Virus record (IMG/VR): IMGVR_UViG_2737471840_000007
Span: 1-40,626 of that record
Strand: one strand, 5' to 3'
Source: a virus
Lineage: Duplodnaviria; Heunggongvirae; Uroviricota; Caudoviricetes
Length of the DNA stretch: 40,626 nt
In this document: piece after piece, positions 7,859 to 17,840 of the stretch
Numbering within the stretch: the first letter of the stretch is position 1
Layout: each line of letters starts with the position of its first letter
Program-made: the position numbers and the translations under genes
Notes under the pieces: model-generated
The model's input: only the letters and a program-made list of their open reading frames with translations
Told to the model about the DNA's origin: nothing
Database searches by the model: none

Positions 7859-8242
7859 TCACCTTGCTGTCAGTTGTTTTGATTTCCTGTAGCCTGCCGC
7901 GTAAAGAGCTACATTTGGAAGACATACACCAGTTTCTGGTTGCCTATGCCCAAACTCATTCGCGTACACAATGGCCGCTCTCTCCAGATTGCGTCTGTAT
8001 TCTTTCTGTTGCCAGATCACGTCCTGTGCCATGAACTTAATTGGCTTAGCGTCTTCTATGCGCTCAGGCGTTTCGTGAGTACCTTTAGCCTGAATCTGCG
8101 CTCTGCTTAGAGTAGGGCGGTGTAATACTTCTGAACTTATTGCTTCTTCGCGGGCCAGTACGCCGTTAGCTAATGCCTTTGCCTTTAAACGCTCACGACG
8201 ACGAGAACGTGAATTGCCTTTGAACTGAGTTCTGCGTGTCAT
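7859..8242 (-). CDS. N: Antitermination protein N (P22 gp24 / phage 21-type)
   Basis: 127-aa ORF with arginine-rich N-terminus NSRSRRRERLKAKALA and C-terminus LPNVALYAAGYRKSKQLTAR resembling P22 gp24 as recalled. Confidence 0.8.
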   Translation of the reverse strand: MTRRTQFKGNSRSRRRERLKAKALANGVLAREEAISSEVLHRPTLSRAQIQAKGTHETPERIEDAKPIKFMAQDVIWQQKEYRRNLERAAIVYANEFGHRQPETGVCLPNVALYAAGYRKSKQLTAR

Positions 8243-8407
8243 ATAGACCTCCTGATGAACTTTGGTGGTGTGGTAGGTGGGAGACCCATTTCGACCTGTT
8301 TCGGCCTACTTCAATTCGGCAATAGTCCCGCAGGCCTCGCCGCTTTACGTGCGACATATTCCCGTCCATGAACCCTTCACCACACCCCAAAGTTCACTTT
8401 GGTTATT

Positions 8408-8422
8408 GCGCTTTGTCAGCGC
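8408..8422 (-). promoter_or_regulatory. nutL boxB (P22-type hairpin GCGCUGACAAAGCGC on the leftward transcript)
   Basis: Exact 15-nt palindromic hairpin GCGCTGACAAAGCGC in the pL leader upstream of N. Confidence 0.6.
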
Positions 8423-8490
8423 CGTAGATTCATATTCGAATCGTTGTATATTCACCGCCCTGGTGAGTAGTGCGTCCTGCTGATGTGTTT

Positions 8491-8519
8491 AGTATCACCG
8501 CCAGTGGTATTTATGTCAA
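8491..8519 (-). promoter_or_regulatory. pL promoter (-35 TTGACA, -10 GATACT)
   Basis: Minus-strand TTGACATAAATACCACTGGCGGTGATACT identical to lambda pL as recalled. Confidence 0.75.
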
Positions 8520-8553
8520 CACCGCCAGAGATAATTTATCACCGCAGATGGTT
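8493..8553. promoter_or_regulatory. Operators oL1, oL2, oL3 (cI/Cro binding sites)
   Basis: Three 17-bp sites TATCACCGCCAGTGGTA, CAACACCGCCAGAGATA, TATCACCGCAGATGGTT matching lambda oL. Confidence 0.8.
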
Positions 8554-8704
8554 ATCTGTATGTTTTTTATATAGATTTATTTTTTTTGCAGGGGTGTGTG
8601 GCTTGGGAGGTGATCGAGAGATCTGAATTGCGATGTTTAGTGAGTTGTATCTATTAATTTTCAAATAAATACAATTGGTTATGTGTTTTGGGGCGAACGT
8701 TAGG

Positions 8705-8735
8705 CAAAGAAAACCCGGCGCGGTGGCCGGGTTTA
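8705..8735 (-). terminator. Intrinsic terminator at end of the immunity-region transcript (tIMM-like)
   Basis: Stem CCCGGC-GCGGTG-GCCGGG immediately after the 216-aa gene stop, followed on the minus strand by TTTCTTTG; A/T tracts on both sides. Confidence 0.6.
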
Positions 8736-8736
8736 T

Positions 8737-9387
8737 TTATTGCTTAGGAGCTTGTTGTGATGACGATTGGTTAGTTGGAGCGCTCGTTAATGGTTGCTGT
8801 GTCGGTACCTGTATTATAATTGGAGCCGGGCTGGTTACTGATGGTGACTTGTCATTGCCGGAGATAATCCAACTTGAGGCTAACATCACGCCAGACAGAA
8901 TCACAGTAACTAAAGTCAAGCCAACGGCCATCGCCCACTGAGTCGTTGTAAGTCCCGTTTTCAAACCGCCGATTTCACCTTTAATTTCAGCAATACCTCT
9001 CTCAATAGAAGAAAATTGCTGAGTATAATAGGTTTTAAAGTCAGCTGATTCGCGACGCATTTCCGCAGCAATAGACTCTACCTCTGATTTGTTTTGTGAA
9101 AGCTTTGCGTCAAGTTCTTCTCTGGACATTCCGCTCACGCTTACCTCCAGGGTATCACTCTTCATCGCTACATCTTCCTTACTTGGGCGCAAACCCGTTT
9201 CGTCCATGGCGTATGAAACTCTATTTGATACCTTAGCATCAATACCAATACTTTGGTACTGAGATGGATCCCCATAAGGAGAAACGGTTGTCGCTGCTAG
9301 GGTTGCACTAACTATAATACTTGGAAGAACTGATGATGTTGTTCCTGAGGTAGGTTGAACTGAAGAAACTGGCTTCAGTCTTTCCAT
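8737..9387 (-). CDS. Hypothetical tail-anchored membrane protein (coiled-coil, single C-terminal TM helix, P/Q/S-rich tail), rexB-position gene
   Basis: 216-aa ORF; TM segment WAMAVGLTLVTVILSGVMLASSWII; start overlaps upstream gene stop (ATGGAAAGACTGA); alternative internal start at MKSDT (9165) has AAGGAAG SD. Confidence 0.6.
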   Translation of the reverse strand: MERLKPVSSVQPTSGTTSSVLPSIIVSATLAATTVSPYGDPSQYQSIGIDAKVSNRVSYAMDETGLRPSKEDVAMKSDTLEVSVSGMSREELDAKLSQNKSEVESIAAEMRRESADFKTYYTQQFSSIERGIAEIKGEIGGLKTGLTTTQWAMAVGLTLVTVILSGVMLASSWIISGNDKSPSVTSPAPIIIQVPTQQPLTSAPTNQSSSQQAPKQ

Positions 9388-9641
9388 AGCCCATTATCCC
9401 TGAGAGCTACCTGTAATGATTTTACTAATGCAACAGCTTGATCCGGGCTCATTGAGACTGACATGTTAGGGGTCAACTCAACTTTTACTTGGAAGCTATT
9501 ATTTCCTTGCTCATCAGACTGCATGTGATGCTCAAATTCATGGCGGTAAAAAGTAATGATTGTTTCAGCACGATCAGGCGTAATAAGAACTGATGTGGCG
9601 GTCATGTGCTGAGGTATGATTTTAATAGTGTTATCTGACAT
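9375..9641 (-). CDS. Hypothetical small soluble protein (88 aa), rexA-position gene
   Basis: Start placed at internal ATG (MSDNTIKIIPQHM) preceded by AAGGA at 5-nt spacing; ORF track gives a longer TTG/ATG-extended version to 9782. Confidence 0.55.
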   Translation of the reverse strand: MSDNTIKIIPQHMTATSVLITPDRAETIITFYRHEFEHHMQSDEQGNNSFQVKVELTPNMSVSMSPDQAVALVKSLQVALRDNGLWKD

Positions 9642-9833
9642 AAGTATCCTTTTTGTTTCCTTAGTATTTTTTTGCATTGACATCAGAAATAGCGAATCCA
9701 CAAGAGTATGAGTAAAGCTAATCAGTTTAGTGATACGGTGACTATTAAAGTGGTAAACCACATCAAAGCTCGCAGAGTGCATACCAGGCTGTCACACATG
9801 ACAAAGTAACGAGGATGCCTGATCTCATAGCGC

Positions 9834-9989
9834 TCAAAGAGACATGCCGATAATGGCATTAACCACGCATGACGCCATAAACACGCCGCCAACGATGAAG
9901 CTGGCTTGGTTCTTCCTGGTAGCGCCAAGAGTCAACAGAACCACTGAAAGGGCAAAAAAAGGTATCGCGATTATGCTGAACGTGTTCAT
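9834..9989 (-). CDS. Small hydrophobic membrane peptide (51 aa, two predicted TM segments)
   Basis: ORF MNTFSIIAIPFFALSVVLLTLGATRKNQASFIVGGVFMASCVVNAIIGMSL with GAGG 6 nt upstream; first ORF downstream of cI on the same strand; below ORF-track cutoff; an antisense 69-aa plus-strand ORF overlaps it. Confidence 0.4.
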   Translation of the reverse strand: MNTFSIIAIPFFALSVVLLTLGATRKNQASFIVGGVFMASCVVNAIIGMSL

Positions 9990-10066
9990 GTTGACCTCAA
10001 CTTATTTCGATTCTCCATCACCCTTAATCCGCCGCCCCATGTGTTTGTTGTGATCCGTTGCTGGCC

Positions 10067-10783
<717 letters not shown>

Positions 10784-10786
10784 TTA

Positions 10787-10815
10787 AATCTATCACCGCA
10801 AGGGATAAATATCTA
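10787..10815 (-). promoter_or_regulatory. pRM promoter (-35 TAGATA, -10 TAGATT on the minus strand)
   Basis: Matches lambda pRM arrangement; transcript would start at the cI ATG (leaderless). Confidence 0.65.
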
Positions 10816-10854
10816 ACACCGTGCGTGTTGACTATTTTACCTCTAGCGGTGATA
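10791..10854. promoter_or_regulatory. Operators oR3, oR2, oR1
   Basis: TATCACCGCAAGGGATA (10791..10807), TAACACCGTGCGTGTTG (10814..10830), TACCTCTAGCGGTGATA (10838..10854). Confidence 0.85.
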
Positions 10855-10856
10855 AT
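10828..10856 (+). promoter_or_regulatory. pR promoter (-35 TTGACT, -10 GATAAT, 17-bp spacer)
   Basis: Sequence as in lambda pR; followed by AAGGAGGT SD of cro. Confidence 0.8.
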
Positions 10857-10871
10857 GGTTGCATGTACTAA

Positions 10872-11081
<210 letters not shown>

Positions 11082-11088
11082 GTAACAC

Positions 11089-11134
11089 CGCTCTTTTCAC
11101 AATGGACATTCGTCCTACGTCGCTGACAAAGCGA
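11089..11134 (+). promoter_or_regulatory. nutR: boxA-like CGCTCTTTT and boxB hairpin TCGCTGACAAAGCGA
   Basis: boxA-like 11089..11097; boxB 11120..11134 with the same GCUGACAAAGC loop context as nutL. Confidence 0.55.
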
Positions 11135-11218
11135 GCCCCAAGATATCTGACCAACTAAGGCCATATGCGTTTCCACGCATACCTTTCAACTAACTATTCA
11201 CTATTGGAAAATTAACAA

Positions 11219-11515
11219 ATGACACAAGCAAGTTACAGCAAGCCAACACAGCGAGAAATTGATCGCGCAGAAACAGATTTACTCATCAACCTGTCAACGC
11301 TTACCCAGCGCGGTCTGGCAAAGATGATTGGCTGTCATGAATCGAAGATAAGCAGAACGGACTGGAGATTTATTGCTTCGGTCTTGTGTGCTTTCGGAAT
11401 GGCATCAGACATCAGTCCGATTAGCAGGGCTTTTAAGTATGCATTGGATGAAATCACAAAGAAAAAATCCCCGGCTGCCACCGAGGATTTTAAGCAAATT
11501 GATATGCAATTCTGA
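11219..11515 (+). CDS. cII: CII-like transcriptional activator
   Basis: 98-aa ORF; ...ESKISRTDWRF... and C-terminus KKKSPAATEDFKQIDMQF parallel lambda CII (...KSQISRWKRDW..., NKKRPAATERSEQIQMEF). Confidence 0.65.
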   Translation: MTQASYSKPTQREIDRAETDLLINLSTLTQRGLAKMIGCHESKISRTDWRFIASVLCAFGMASDISPISRAFKYALDEITKKKSPAATEDFKQIDMQF

Positions 11516-11547
11516 GGGAATTACTGGATCAATCCACAGGAGTAATT

Positions 11548-11709
11548 ATGACAAAACGTCGTAAGAAATACCAGGAAAAAGAAGAGATTCGACACCCTGA
11601 TTCACCTGAGGGATTAGTGGTAGCCGCAGCAAATAACAGGGCGTTCGCAGAGCGCCTTGTTGGTGTTTACAGACTAGCCAAAGCAGGAGTGAAACATGGG
11701 CGTCGTTAA
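11548..11709 (+). CDS. Small basic hypothetical protein (53 aa)
   Basis: ORF MTKRRKKYQEKEEIRHPDSPEGL... with AGGAGT SD; overlaps O start by 14 nt; below cutoff. Confidence 0.3.
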   Translation: MTKRRKKYQEKEEIRHPDSPEGLVVAAANNRAFAERLVGVYRLAKAGVKHGRR

Positions 11710-12517
11710 GTTAGCTGATTACAGGCCTCAACTGGAGGTCGTGGAGCATCGCGTGGCAGATACCGAAGATGGTTTCATGCGCGTTGCTAACGAGATTACC
11801 GACAGTCTGCTGATGGCTGATTTAACCGTCCGGCAGTTGAAGGTGATGCTCGCTATCATGCGCAAGACATACGGATTCAATAAGCCGATGGATCGACTCA
11901 CAAACACGCAGATAGCAGCCATGACAGGTATTCATCACACTCATGTTTGCGCTGCCAAGCGCCAGCTTATTGAGCGTAAATTCCTCATTGCTGATGGCGT
12001 GAAAATCGGAGTGAACAAGGTGGTTTCTCAGTGGATTAGCCAGGACAGCTTAACATTAGCTAAAACAGCTAATAAAACATTAGCCAAGTCGGCTAATGGG
12101 TATAAGCCAAGTCAGCTAAACACAAAAGACAATATACAAAAGACAATAAATACAAATACCCCCTTACCCCCTAACGGGGGCGGCGATGGGCAGGTTAAAC
12201 CTGAACGTCGCAAGGCAGAACGAATCGACTACGAATCCTTCCTGAACGCTTACAACACCGAAGTCGGTGACAGACTGCCACACGCTGTTGCGGTCAACGA
12301 GAAACGCAAACGCCGCCTGAAGAAAATCATCCCGCAACTGAAAACGCCAAACGTGGACGGTTTCAGAGCGTATGTCAGGGCGTTTGTGCATCAGGCCAAG
12401 CCGTTTTACTTCGGAGACAACGACACGGGCTGGACAGCTGATTTTGATTACCTGCTGAGGGAAGATTCGTTAACGGGAGTTCGGGAAGGGAAGTTTGCAG
12501 ACAGGGGGATTGCATGA
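11696..12517 (+). CDS. O: Replication initiation protein O-like
   Basis: N-terminal [32 protein letters not shown] aligns with lambda O LTKRQFKVLLAILRKTYGWNKPMDRITDSQL; iteron array inside the gene. Confidence 0.8.
   Translation: MGVVKLADYRPQLEVVEHRVADTEDGFMRVANEITDSLLMADLTVRQLKVMLAIMRKTYGFNKPMDRLTNTQIAAMTGIHHTHVCAAKRQLIERKFLIADGVKIGVNKVVSQWISQDSLTLAKTANKTLAKSANGYKPSQLNTKDNIQKTINTNTPLPPNGGGDGQVKPERRKAERIDYESFLNAYNTEVGDRLPHAVAVNEKRKRRLKKIIPQLKTPNVDGFRAYVRAFVHQAKPFYFGDNDTGWTADFDYLLREDSLTGVREGKFADRGIA
12034..12158. other. Origin of replication inside O: 3-4 dyad-symmetric iterons plus AT-rich region
   Basis: TTAGCTAAAACAGCTAA (12056..12072), TTAGCCAAGTCGGCTAA (12080..12096), TAAGCCAAGTCAGCTAA (12103..12119), degenerate copy at about 12034..12051, then AT-rich ACAAAAGACAATATACAAAAGACAATAAATACAAATA. 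Confidence 0.55.
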
Positions 12518-13890
12518 AACAGGATATCGAAGCGAGCGTTATCGGTGGCCTGCTGATTGGTGGATTAACACCAACTGCCAGTGACGTTCTGGCAACGCTG
12601 GAGCCGGAAGCGTTTTCAATTCCGCTCTACCGGAAAGCCTTCGAGGTTATCCGGAAGCAGGCGAGAAACAGAAACCTAATCGACGCGCTGATGGTTGCCG
12701 AGGCGTGCGGAGAGGAGCATTTCACGTCAATCCTGATGACCAGTAAGAACTGCCCGAGTGCCGCAAACCTGAAGGGATATGCCGGAATGGTCGCGGATAA
12801 CTATCACCGCCGTCTGGTGCTGGAAATCATGGATGAAATGCGTGAACCAATTCAGAGCGGAACCATCGACGCATCGAGTCAGGCGATGGATGAACTTGTA
12901 AAGCGTCTTTCAGCCATCAGAAAGCCACGTGACGAGGTTAAACCTGTGCGGTTAGGGGAAATCATCACCGACTACACTGACACGCTTGACAGGCGTCTGA
13001 GGAACGGAGAAGAGTCAGATACCCTGAAGACCGGAATCGAAGAACTTGATGCCATCACCGGAGGGATGAACGCGGAAGACCTTGTGATAATCGCTGCTCG
13101 TCCTGGTATGGGGAAAACCGAACTGGCGCTGAAGATTGCCGAAGGCGTTGCAAGCCGCGTTATTCCTGGTTCTGACGTCCGGCGCGGAGTATTGATTTTC
13201 TCAATGGAAATGAGCGCATTGCAGATTGCAGAGCGAAGCATTGCCAACGCCGGGAGGATGTCGGTTAGCGTACTGCGAAATCCTGCATCGATGGATGACG
13301 AAGGCTGGGCGCGTGTTGCTAACGGCATGAGTCAGCTTGCAGATTTGGATGTATGGGTAGTCGATGCCTCGCGGTTATCGGTCGAAGAAATACGCTCAAT
13401 CGCAGAACGGCACAAACAGGAAAACCCAAACCTGTCACTCATCATGGCGGATTATCTTGGCCTGATTGAGAAGCCGAAAGCAGACCGCAACGACCTTGCA
13501 ATTGCTCACATCTCCGGAAGCCTGAAGGCGATGGCGAAGGACCTGAAAACGCCTGTTATCTCCCTGAGTCAGCTTTCGCGCGATGTTGAGAAGCGACCAA
13601 ACAAACGCCCGACAAACGCAGATTTGCGTGATTCAGGAAGCATTGAACAGGACGCAGACTCAATCATCATGCTCTATCGGGAAGCGGTATATGACGAGAA
13701 CAGTAGCGCCGCGCCATTTGCTGAAATCATCGTGACGAAAAACCGTTTTGGCTCGCTTGGTACGGTTTACCAGCGGTTCTGTAACGGACACTTTGTTGCA
13801 TGTAACCAGGATGAAGCCAGACTGATTTGCACAGCATCAAATGCACCTGCTGCGCGTGGCAGACGATATGCGCAAGGGGCTGACGTATGA
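12514..13890 (+). CDS. Replicative DNA helicase, DnaB family (P22 gene 12-type)
   Basis: 458-aa ORF with Walker A GMGKTE, DnaB C-terminal motifs; ATGA overlap with O. Confidence 0.85.
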   Translation: MKQDIEASVIGGLLIGGLTPTASDVLATLEPEAFSIPLYRKAFEVIRKQARNRNLIDALMVAEACGEEHFTSILMTSKNCPSAANLKGYAGMVADNYHRRLVLEIMDEMREPIQSGTIDASSQAMDELVKRLSAIRKPRDEVKPVRLGEIITDYTDTLDRRLRNGEESDTLKTGIEELDAITGGMNAEDLVIIAARPGMGKTELALKIAEGVASRVIPGSDVRRGVLIFSMEMSALQIAERSIANAGRMSVSVLRNPASMDDEGWARVANGMSQLADLDVWVVDASRLSVEEIRSIAERHKQENPNLSLIMADYLGLIEKPKADRNDLAIAHISGSLKAMAKDLKTPVISLSQLSRDVEKRPNKRPTNADLRDSGSIEQDADSIIMLYREAVYDENSSAAPFAEIIVTKNRFGSLGTVYQRFCNGHFVACNQDEARLICTASNAPAARGRRYAQGADV

Positions 13891-13916
13891 CCATCTACAT
13901 CACTGAGTTAATAACA

Positions 13917-13946
13917 GGGGCTATTTACACAGTAGCCCTTTTTTAT
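13917..13946 (+). terminator. Intrinsic terminator after the helicase gene (tR2-like)
   Basis: Stem GGGCTA/TAGCCC followed by TTTTTTATT. Confidence 0.5.
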
Positions 13947-13971
13947 TGGATTAAGAACGAGGGGAATCCTG

Positions 13972-14184
13972 ATGGACACCGTTAACGGAATGTGTTCAGA
14001 CGCACCGCGTGCCAAGAAATGTAAATGCGGAAAATCACCGACAATATTCGACATGGAGAACGGGTGCCAAATCTACTGCGCTAACCACGCTGCTGTGGCG
14101 GCCGCGAATTATCGCAGTGCGGTAACGGAGTGGAATAACCTGAAATCTGTTAGAGAGGGAAGTCATGAAAAAACTAACCTTTGA
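13972..14184 (+). CDS. Hypothetical Cys-rich small protein (70 aa)
   Basis: ORF with CKCG...C..YC pattern; start uncertain. Confidence 0.45.
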   Translation: MDTVNGMCSDAPRAKKCKCGKSPTIFDMENGCQIYCANHAAVAAANYRSAVTEWNNLKSVREGSHEKTNL

Positions 14185-14605
14185 AATTCGATCCCCAGCA
14201 CATCAGCAAAACGCTATTCACGCGGTACAGAAAATTCTTCCAGACCCAACCAAACCAATCGTAGTAACCATTCAGGAACGCAACCGCAGCTTAGACCAGA
14301 ATCGAAAGCTTTGGGCTTGCCTTGGTGACGTCTCTCGTCAGGTTGAATGGCATGGGCGCTGGCTGGATGCAGAAAGCTGGAAGTGTGTGTTTACCGCAGC
14401 ATTAAAGCAGCAGGACGTTGTTCCTAACCTTGCCGGGAATGGCTTTGTGGTAATAGGCCAGTCAACCAGCAGGATGCGTGTAAGCGAATTTGCGGAGCTA
14501 TTAGAGCTTATACAGGCATTCGGTACAGAGCGTGGCGTTAAGTGGTCAGACGAAGCGCGACTGGCTCTCGAATGGAAAGCGCGATGGGGAGATCGGGCTG
14601 CATGA
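14165..14605 (+). CDS. ninB: NinB recombination protein
   Basis: 146-aa ORF MKKLTFEIRSPAHQQNAIHAVQ... near-identical to lambda NinB as recalled. Confidence 0.9.
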   Translation: MKKLTFEIRSPAHQQNAIHAVQKILPDPTKPIVVTIQERNRSLDQNRKLWACLGDVSRQVEWHGRWLDAESWKCVFTAALKQQDVVPNLAGNGFVVIGQSTSRMRVSEFAELLELIQAFGTERGVKWSDEARLALEWKARWGDRAA

Positions 14606-15129
14606 CTATCAAATCAAATACGCCGGCACACGACAAGGACTGCTGGCAAACGCCGCTTTGGCTTTTTGATGCACTGGATATTGAGTTTGGATTCTGGCTG
14701 GATTCGGCAGCGAGCGACAAAAATGCTCTGTGCGCTCACTGGTTAACTGAGGCCGACGACGCGCTCAATTCTGAGTGGGTAAGCCACGGTGCAATCTGGA
14801 ATAACCCACCGTACAGCAATATCAGGCCGTGGGTGGAAAAAGCCGCTGAGCAGTGCATACAACAGCGACAGACGGTAGTGATGCTTGTGCCAGAGGATAT
14901 GTCTGTCGGATGGTTCAGCAAGGCTCTGGAGAGTGTTGACGAAGTTCGTATTATCACTGATGGACGGATTAATTTTATCGAACCATCGACAGGGCTGGAG
15001 AAGAAGGGAAACAGCAAAGGTTCCATGCTGCTGATTTGGCGACCGTTCATCAGTCCTCGACGGATGTTTACTACCGTATCCAAAGCGGCATTGATGGCGA
15101 TCGGGCAGGGCGTCAGGAGGGCGGCATGA
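14602..15129 (+). CDS. DNA N6-adenine methyltransferase (Dam-like, phage type)
   Basis: Catalytic NPPY motif ([10 protein letters not shown]); start at ATGA overlap with ninB stop; occupies the ninC/ninD position. Confidence 0.8.
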   Translation: MTIKSNTPAHDKDCWQTPLWLFDALDIEFGFWLDSAASDKNALCAHWLTEADDALNSEWVSHGAIWNNPPYSNIRPWVEKAAEQCIQQRQTVVMLVPEDMSVGWFSKALESVDEVRIITDGRINFIEPSTGLEKKGNSKGSMLLIWRPFISPRRMFTTVSKAALMAIGQGVRRAA

Positions 15130-15302
15130 GACGACAGCGACGAAGTATCACCGACATAATCTGCGAAAACTGCAAATACCTTCCAACGAAACGCTCCAGA
15201 AATAAACGCAAGCCAATCCCAAAAGAATCTGACGTAAAAACCTTCAACTACACGGCTCACCTGTGGGATATCCGGTGGCTAAGACATCGTGCGAGGAAAT
15301 GA
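15126..15302 (+). CDS. ninE: NinE protein
   Basis: 58-aa [26 protein letters not shown]... matches lambda NinE as recalled; ATGA overlaps on both sides. Confidence 0.75.
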   Translation: MRRQRRSITDIICENCKYLPTKRSRNKRKPIPKESDVKTFNYTAHLWDIRWLRHRARK

Positions 15303-15688
15303 CAATGGATTATTCACAGTTAAGTGATTTTGAAATTAACGTGGCGGTATTCGAAGCCATTCATAACGGATCACCGGATTACAAAGAAGGTGAGAATGGC
15401 GCGATGGTGTTTATCTCATTTGAGGGAGACATTGTAAACGGAGACGCAGTTGAAGTAGAGGTTGAGCGCGGATCCTTTAACCCATGCGCAAACCCAGCAG
15501 ACGCATGGCCGATTATCACTGAAAACAACATCAGCATAATTTTAGACAATCCCTCAATGCCGTGCGCCACAGACAACGCAAGGGACTTGTTTGATGATGC
15601 CGGACCGAATGTTTGTGTCGCATATGACAATCCACTCCGTGCCGCCATGATTGTCTTTCTCATGATGCAGGACGCCAATAATGCTTAG
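15299..15688 (+). CDS. Hypothetical nin-region protein (129 aa)
   Basis: [27 protein letters not shown]...; start at ATGA overlap with ninE stop. Confidence 0.6.
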   Translation: MTMDYSQLSDFEINVAVFEAIHNGSPDYKEGENGAMVFISFEGDIVNGDAVEVEVERGSFNPCANPADAWPIITENNISIILDNPSMPCATDNARDLFDDAGPNVCVAYDNPLRAAMIVFLMMQDANNA

Positions 15689-15857
15689 CCCATCCCAATC
15701 CATTCAATACCAGAAAGAAAGCGTCGAGCGGGCTTTAACGTGCGCTAACTGCAGTCAGAAGCTGCATGTGCTGGAAGTTCATGTGTGTGAGCACTGCTGC
15801 GCAGAACTGATGAGCGATCCGAATAGCTCAATGTACGAGGAAGAAGACGATGGCTAA
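15681..15857 (+). CDS. ninF: NinF protein
   Basis: 58-aa [27 protein letters not shown]...HVCEHCC matches lambda NinF as recalled; below cutoff. Confidence 0.7.
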   Translation: MLSPSQSIQYQKESVERALTCANCSQKLHVLEVHVCEHCCAELMSDPNSSMYEEEDDG

Positions 15858-16461
15858 ACCAGCGCGAAGACGATGTAAAAACGATGAATGTCGGGAATGG
15901 TTTCACCCTGCATTCGCTAATCAGTGGTGGTGCTCTCCAGAGTGTGGAACCAAGATAGCACTCGAACGACGAAGTAAAGAACGCGAAAAAGCGGAAAAAG
16001 CAGCAGAGAAGAAACGACGACGAGAGGAGCAGAAACAGAAAGATAAACTTAAGATTCGAAAACTCGCCTTAAAGCCACGCAGTTACTGGATTAAACAAGC
16101 CCAACAAGCCGTAAACGTCTTCATCAGAGAAAGAGACCGCGACTTACCATGTATCTCGTGCGGAACGCTCACGTCTGCTCAGTGGGATGCCGGACATTAC
16201 CGGACAACTGCTGCGGCACCTCAACTCCGATTTGATGAACGCAATATTCACAAGCAATGCGTGGTGTGTAACCAGCATAAAAGCGGAAATCTCGTTCCGT
16301 ATCGCGTCGAACTGATTAACCGAATCGGGCAGGAAGCAGTAGACGAAATCGAATCAAACCATAACCGCCATCGCTGGACTGTCGAAGAGTGCAAGGCGAT
16401 CAAGGCAGAGTACCAACAGAAACTCAAAGACCTGCGAAATAGCAGAAGTGAGGCCGCATGA
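15850..16461 (+). CDS. ninG: NinG (Rap) recombination protein
   Basis: 203-aa [30 protein letters not shown]... near-identical to lambda NinG as recalled. Confidence 0.9.
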   Translation: MAKPARRRCKNDECREWFHPAFANQWWCSPECGTKIALERRSKEREKAEKAAEKKRRREEQKQKDKLKIRKLALKPRSYWIKQAQQAVNVFIRERDRDLPCISCGTLTSAQWDAGHYRTTAAAPQLRFDERNIHKQCVVCNQHKSGNLVPYRVELINRIGQEAVDEIESNHNRHRWTVEECKAIKAEYQQKLKDLRNSRSEAA

Positions 16462-16664
16462 CGTTCTCAGTAAAAACCATTCCAGACATGCTCGTTGAAG
16501 CATACGGAAACCAGACAGAAGTGGCACGCAGACTGAAATGTAGTCGCGGTACGGTCAGAAAATACGTTGATGATAAAGACGGGAAAATGCACGCCATCGT
16601 CAACGACGTTCTCATGGTTCATCGCGGATGGAGTGAAAGAGATGCGCTATTACGAAAGAATTGA
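16458..16664 (+). CDS. ninH: NinH protein
   Basis: 68-aa [40 protein letters not shown]... as lambda NinH. Confidence 0.85.
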   Translation: MTFSVKTIPDMLVEAYGNQTEVARRLKCSRGTVRKYVDDKDGKMHAIVNDVLMVHRGWSERDALLRKN

Positions 16665-17313
16665 TGGCAGCAAATACCGAAATATTTGGGTAGTTGGCGA
16701 CCTGCACGGATGCTACACGAACCTGATGAACAAACTGGATGCGATTGGATTCGACACCCAAAAAGACCTGCTTATCTCGGTTGGCGATTTGGTCGATCGC
16801 GGTGCAGAGAACGTCGAATGCCTGGAATTAATCACATTCCCCTGGTTCAGAGCTGTACGTGGAAACCATGAGCAAATGATGATTGATGGCTTATCAGAGC
16901 GTGGAAACGTCAATCACTGGCTACTTAATGGCGGTGGCTGGTTCTTTAATCTCGATTACGACAAAGAAATTCTGGCTAAAGCTCTTGCCCATAAAGCAGA
17001 TGAACTTCCGTTAATCATCGAACTGGTGAGCAAAGATAAAAAATATGTCATCTGCCACGCCGATTATCCTTGTGACGAATACGAGTTTGGAAAGCCAGTT
17101 GATCATCAGCAGGTAATCTGGAACCGCGAACGAATCAGCAACTCACAAGACGGGATCGTGAAAGAAATTAAAGGCGCGGACACGTTCATCTTTGGTCATA
17201 CGCCAGCAGTGAAACCACTTAAATTTGCCAACCAAATGTATATCGATACCGGAGCAGTGTTCTGCGGAAACCTCACATTGATTCAGGTACAGGGAGAAGG
17301 CGCGTGGGCATAA
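16642..17313 (+). CDS. ninI: Ser/Thr protein phosphatase NinI (lambda PPase-like)
   Basis: Start at [25 protein letters not shown]; metallophosphatase motifs GDLHG, GDLVDRG, GNHE. Confidence 0.9.
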   Translation: MRYYERIDGSKYRNIWVVGDLHGCYTNLMNKLDAIGFDTQKDLLISVGDLVDRGAENVECLELITFPWFRAVRGNHEQMMIDGLSERGNVNHWLLNGGGWFFNLDYDKEILAKALAHKADELPLIIELVSKDKKYVICHADYPCDEYEFGKPVDHQQVIWNRERISNSQDGIVKEIKGADTFIFGHTPAVKPLKFANQMYIDTGAVFCGNLTLIQVQGEGAWA

Positions 17314-17822
17314 GAGAACTAAACCTCACCAAAGAACAGCATGAGTGGCTGAATGGCTGGCTTGAACTGTGGGGCGCATGGGTTTATTCAGGTCGTCTGG
17401 AAAAGCGCATGAGCAGCGTAATAGCGAAGTTCATGGAGAGCGTAGAGCCGGGAAGAGTTATGACAAGGCCAATGTGCAATGATGATGATGGAATGTTGAT
17501 TTCTCAGGTCGTCGATTCCGTCATGTGCATTGACAAGAAAGCCTTTGGCATCCTCCTCAGCTACTACGCTCATGGTTCATCTAAGCGAGCAATTGCATCC
17601 TACTATCACGCGACTGCAAAGCCACGCAAGATGTGTGGACGTGGTGGCGAGGGATGGAGAAAACCTTCACTGGCAACCTGTAGAAACGAAATTGACGACA
17701 TCCTGAAAGCGTCGTTATTTGTTTTGTACCAGCCAATGCAAAATGCTTTCAAAATGCGTAAACGTGTTGAGAAAGTTAAGCATGTTGCTGTTAAAAGCCT
17801 TGACATGCAATTATCCATTTAG
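17304..17822 (+). CDS. Q: Late antiterminator Q-like protein (non-lambda Q family)
   Basis: 172-aa ORF at the Q position between nin genes and lysis genes; ELWGAW and DDD motifs resemble the Qin/DLP12-type Q family as recalled. Confidence 0.6.
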   Translation: MGIRELNLTKEQHEWLNGWLELWGAWVYSGRLEKRMSSVIAKFMESVEPGRVMTRPMCNDDDGMLISQVVDSVMCIDKKAFGILLSYYAHGSSKRAIASYYHATAKPRKMCGRGGEGWRKPSLATCRNEIDDILKASLFVLYQPMQNAFKMRKRVEKVKHVAVKSLDMQLSI

Positions 17823-17829
17823 CCATAAT
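17800..17829 (+). promoter_or_regulatory. Candidate late promoter pR' (-35 TTGACA, -10 CATAAT, 18-bp spacer)
   Basis: Consensus -35 inside the 3' end of Q; followed 12 nt later by a terminator hairpin. Confidence 0.45.
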
Positions 17830-17840
17830 TAGAAGGTAAG

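Noticed and set aside
8193-8483. Two ORFs (8193..8390 minus, 8277..8483 plus) in the pL leader
   Set aside because: They overlap N, the nutL boxB and the pL/oL region, whose sequence is explained by regulatory function; no SD.
9844-10053. 69-aa plus-strand ORF, and the 68-aa minus-strand ORF 9722..9928, in the cI-downstream region
   Set aside because: The plus-strand ORF is antisense to the leftward immunity transcript and overlaps a minus-strand ORF with a proper SD; the 9722..9928 ORF starts with TTG and lacks an SD. Both are likely spurious.
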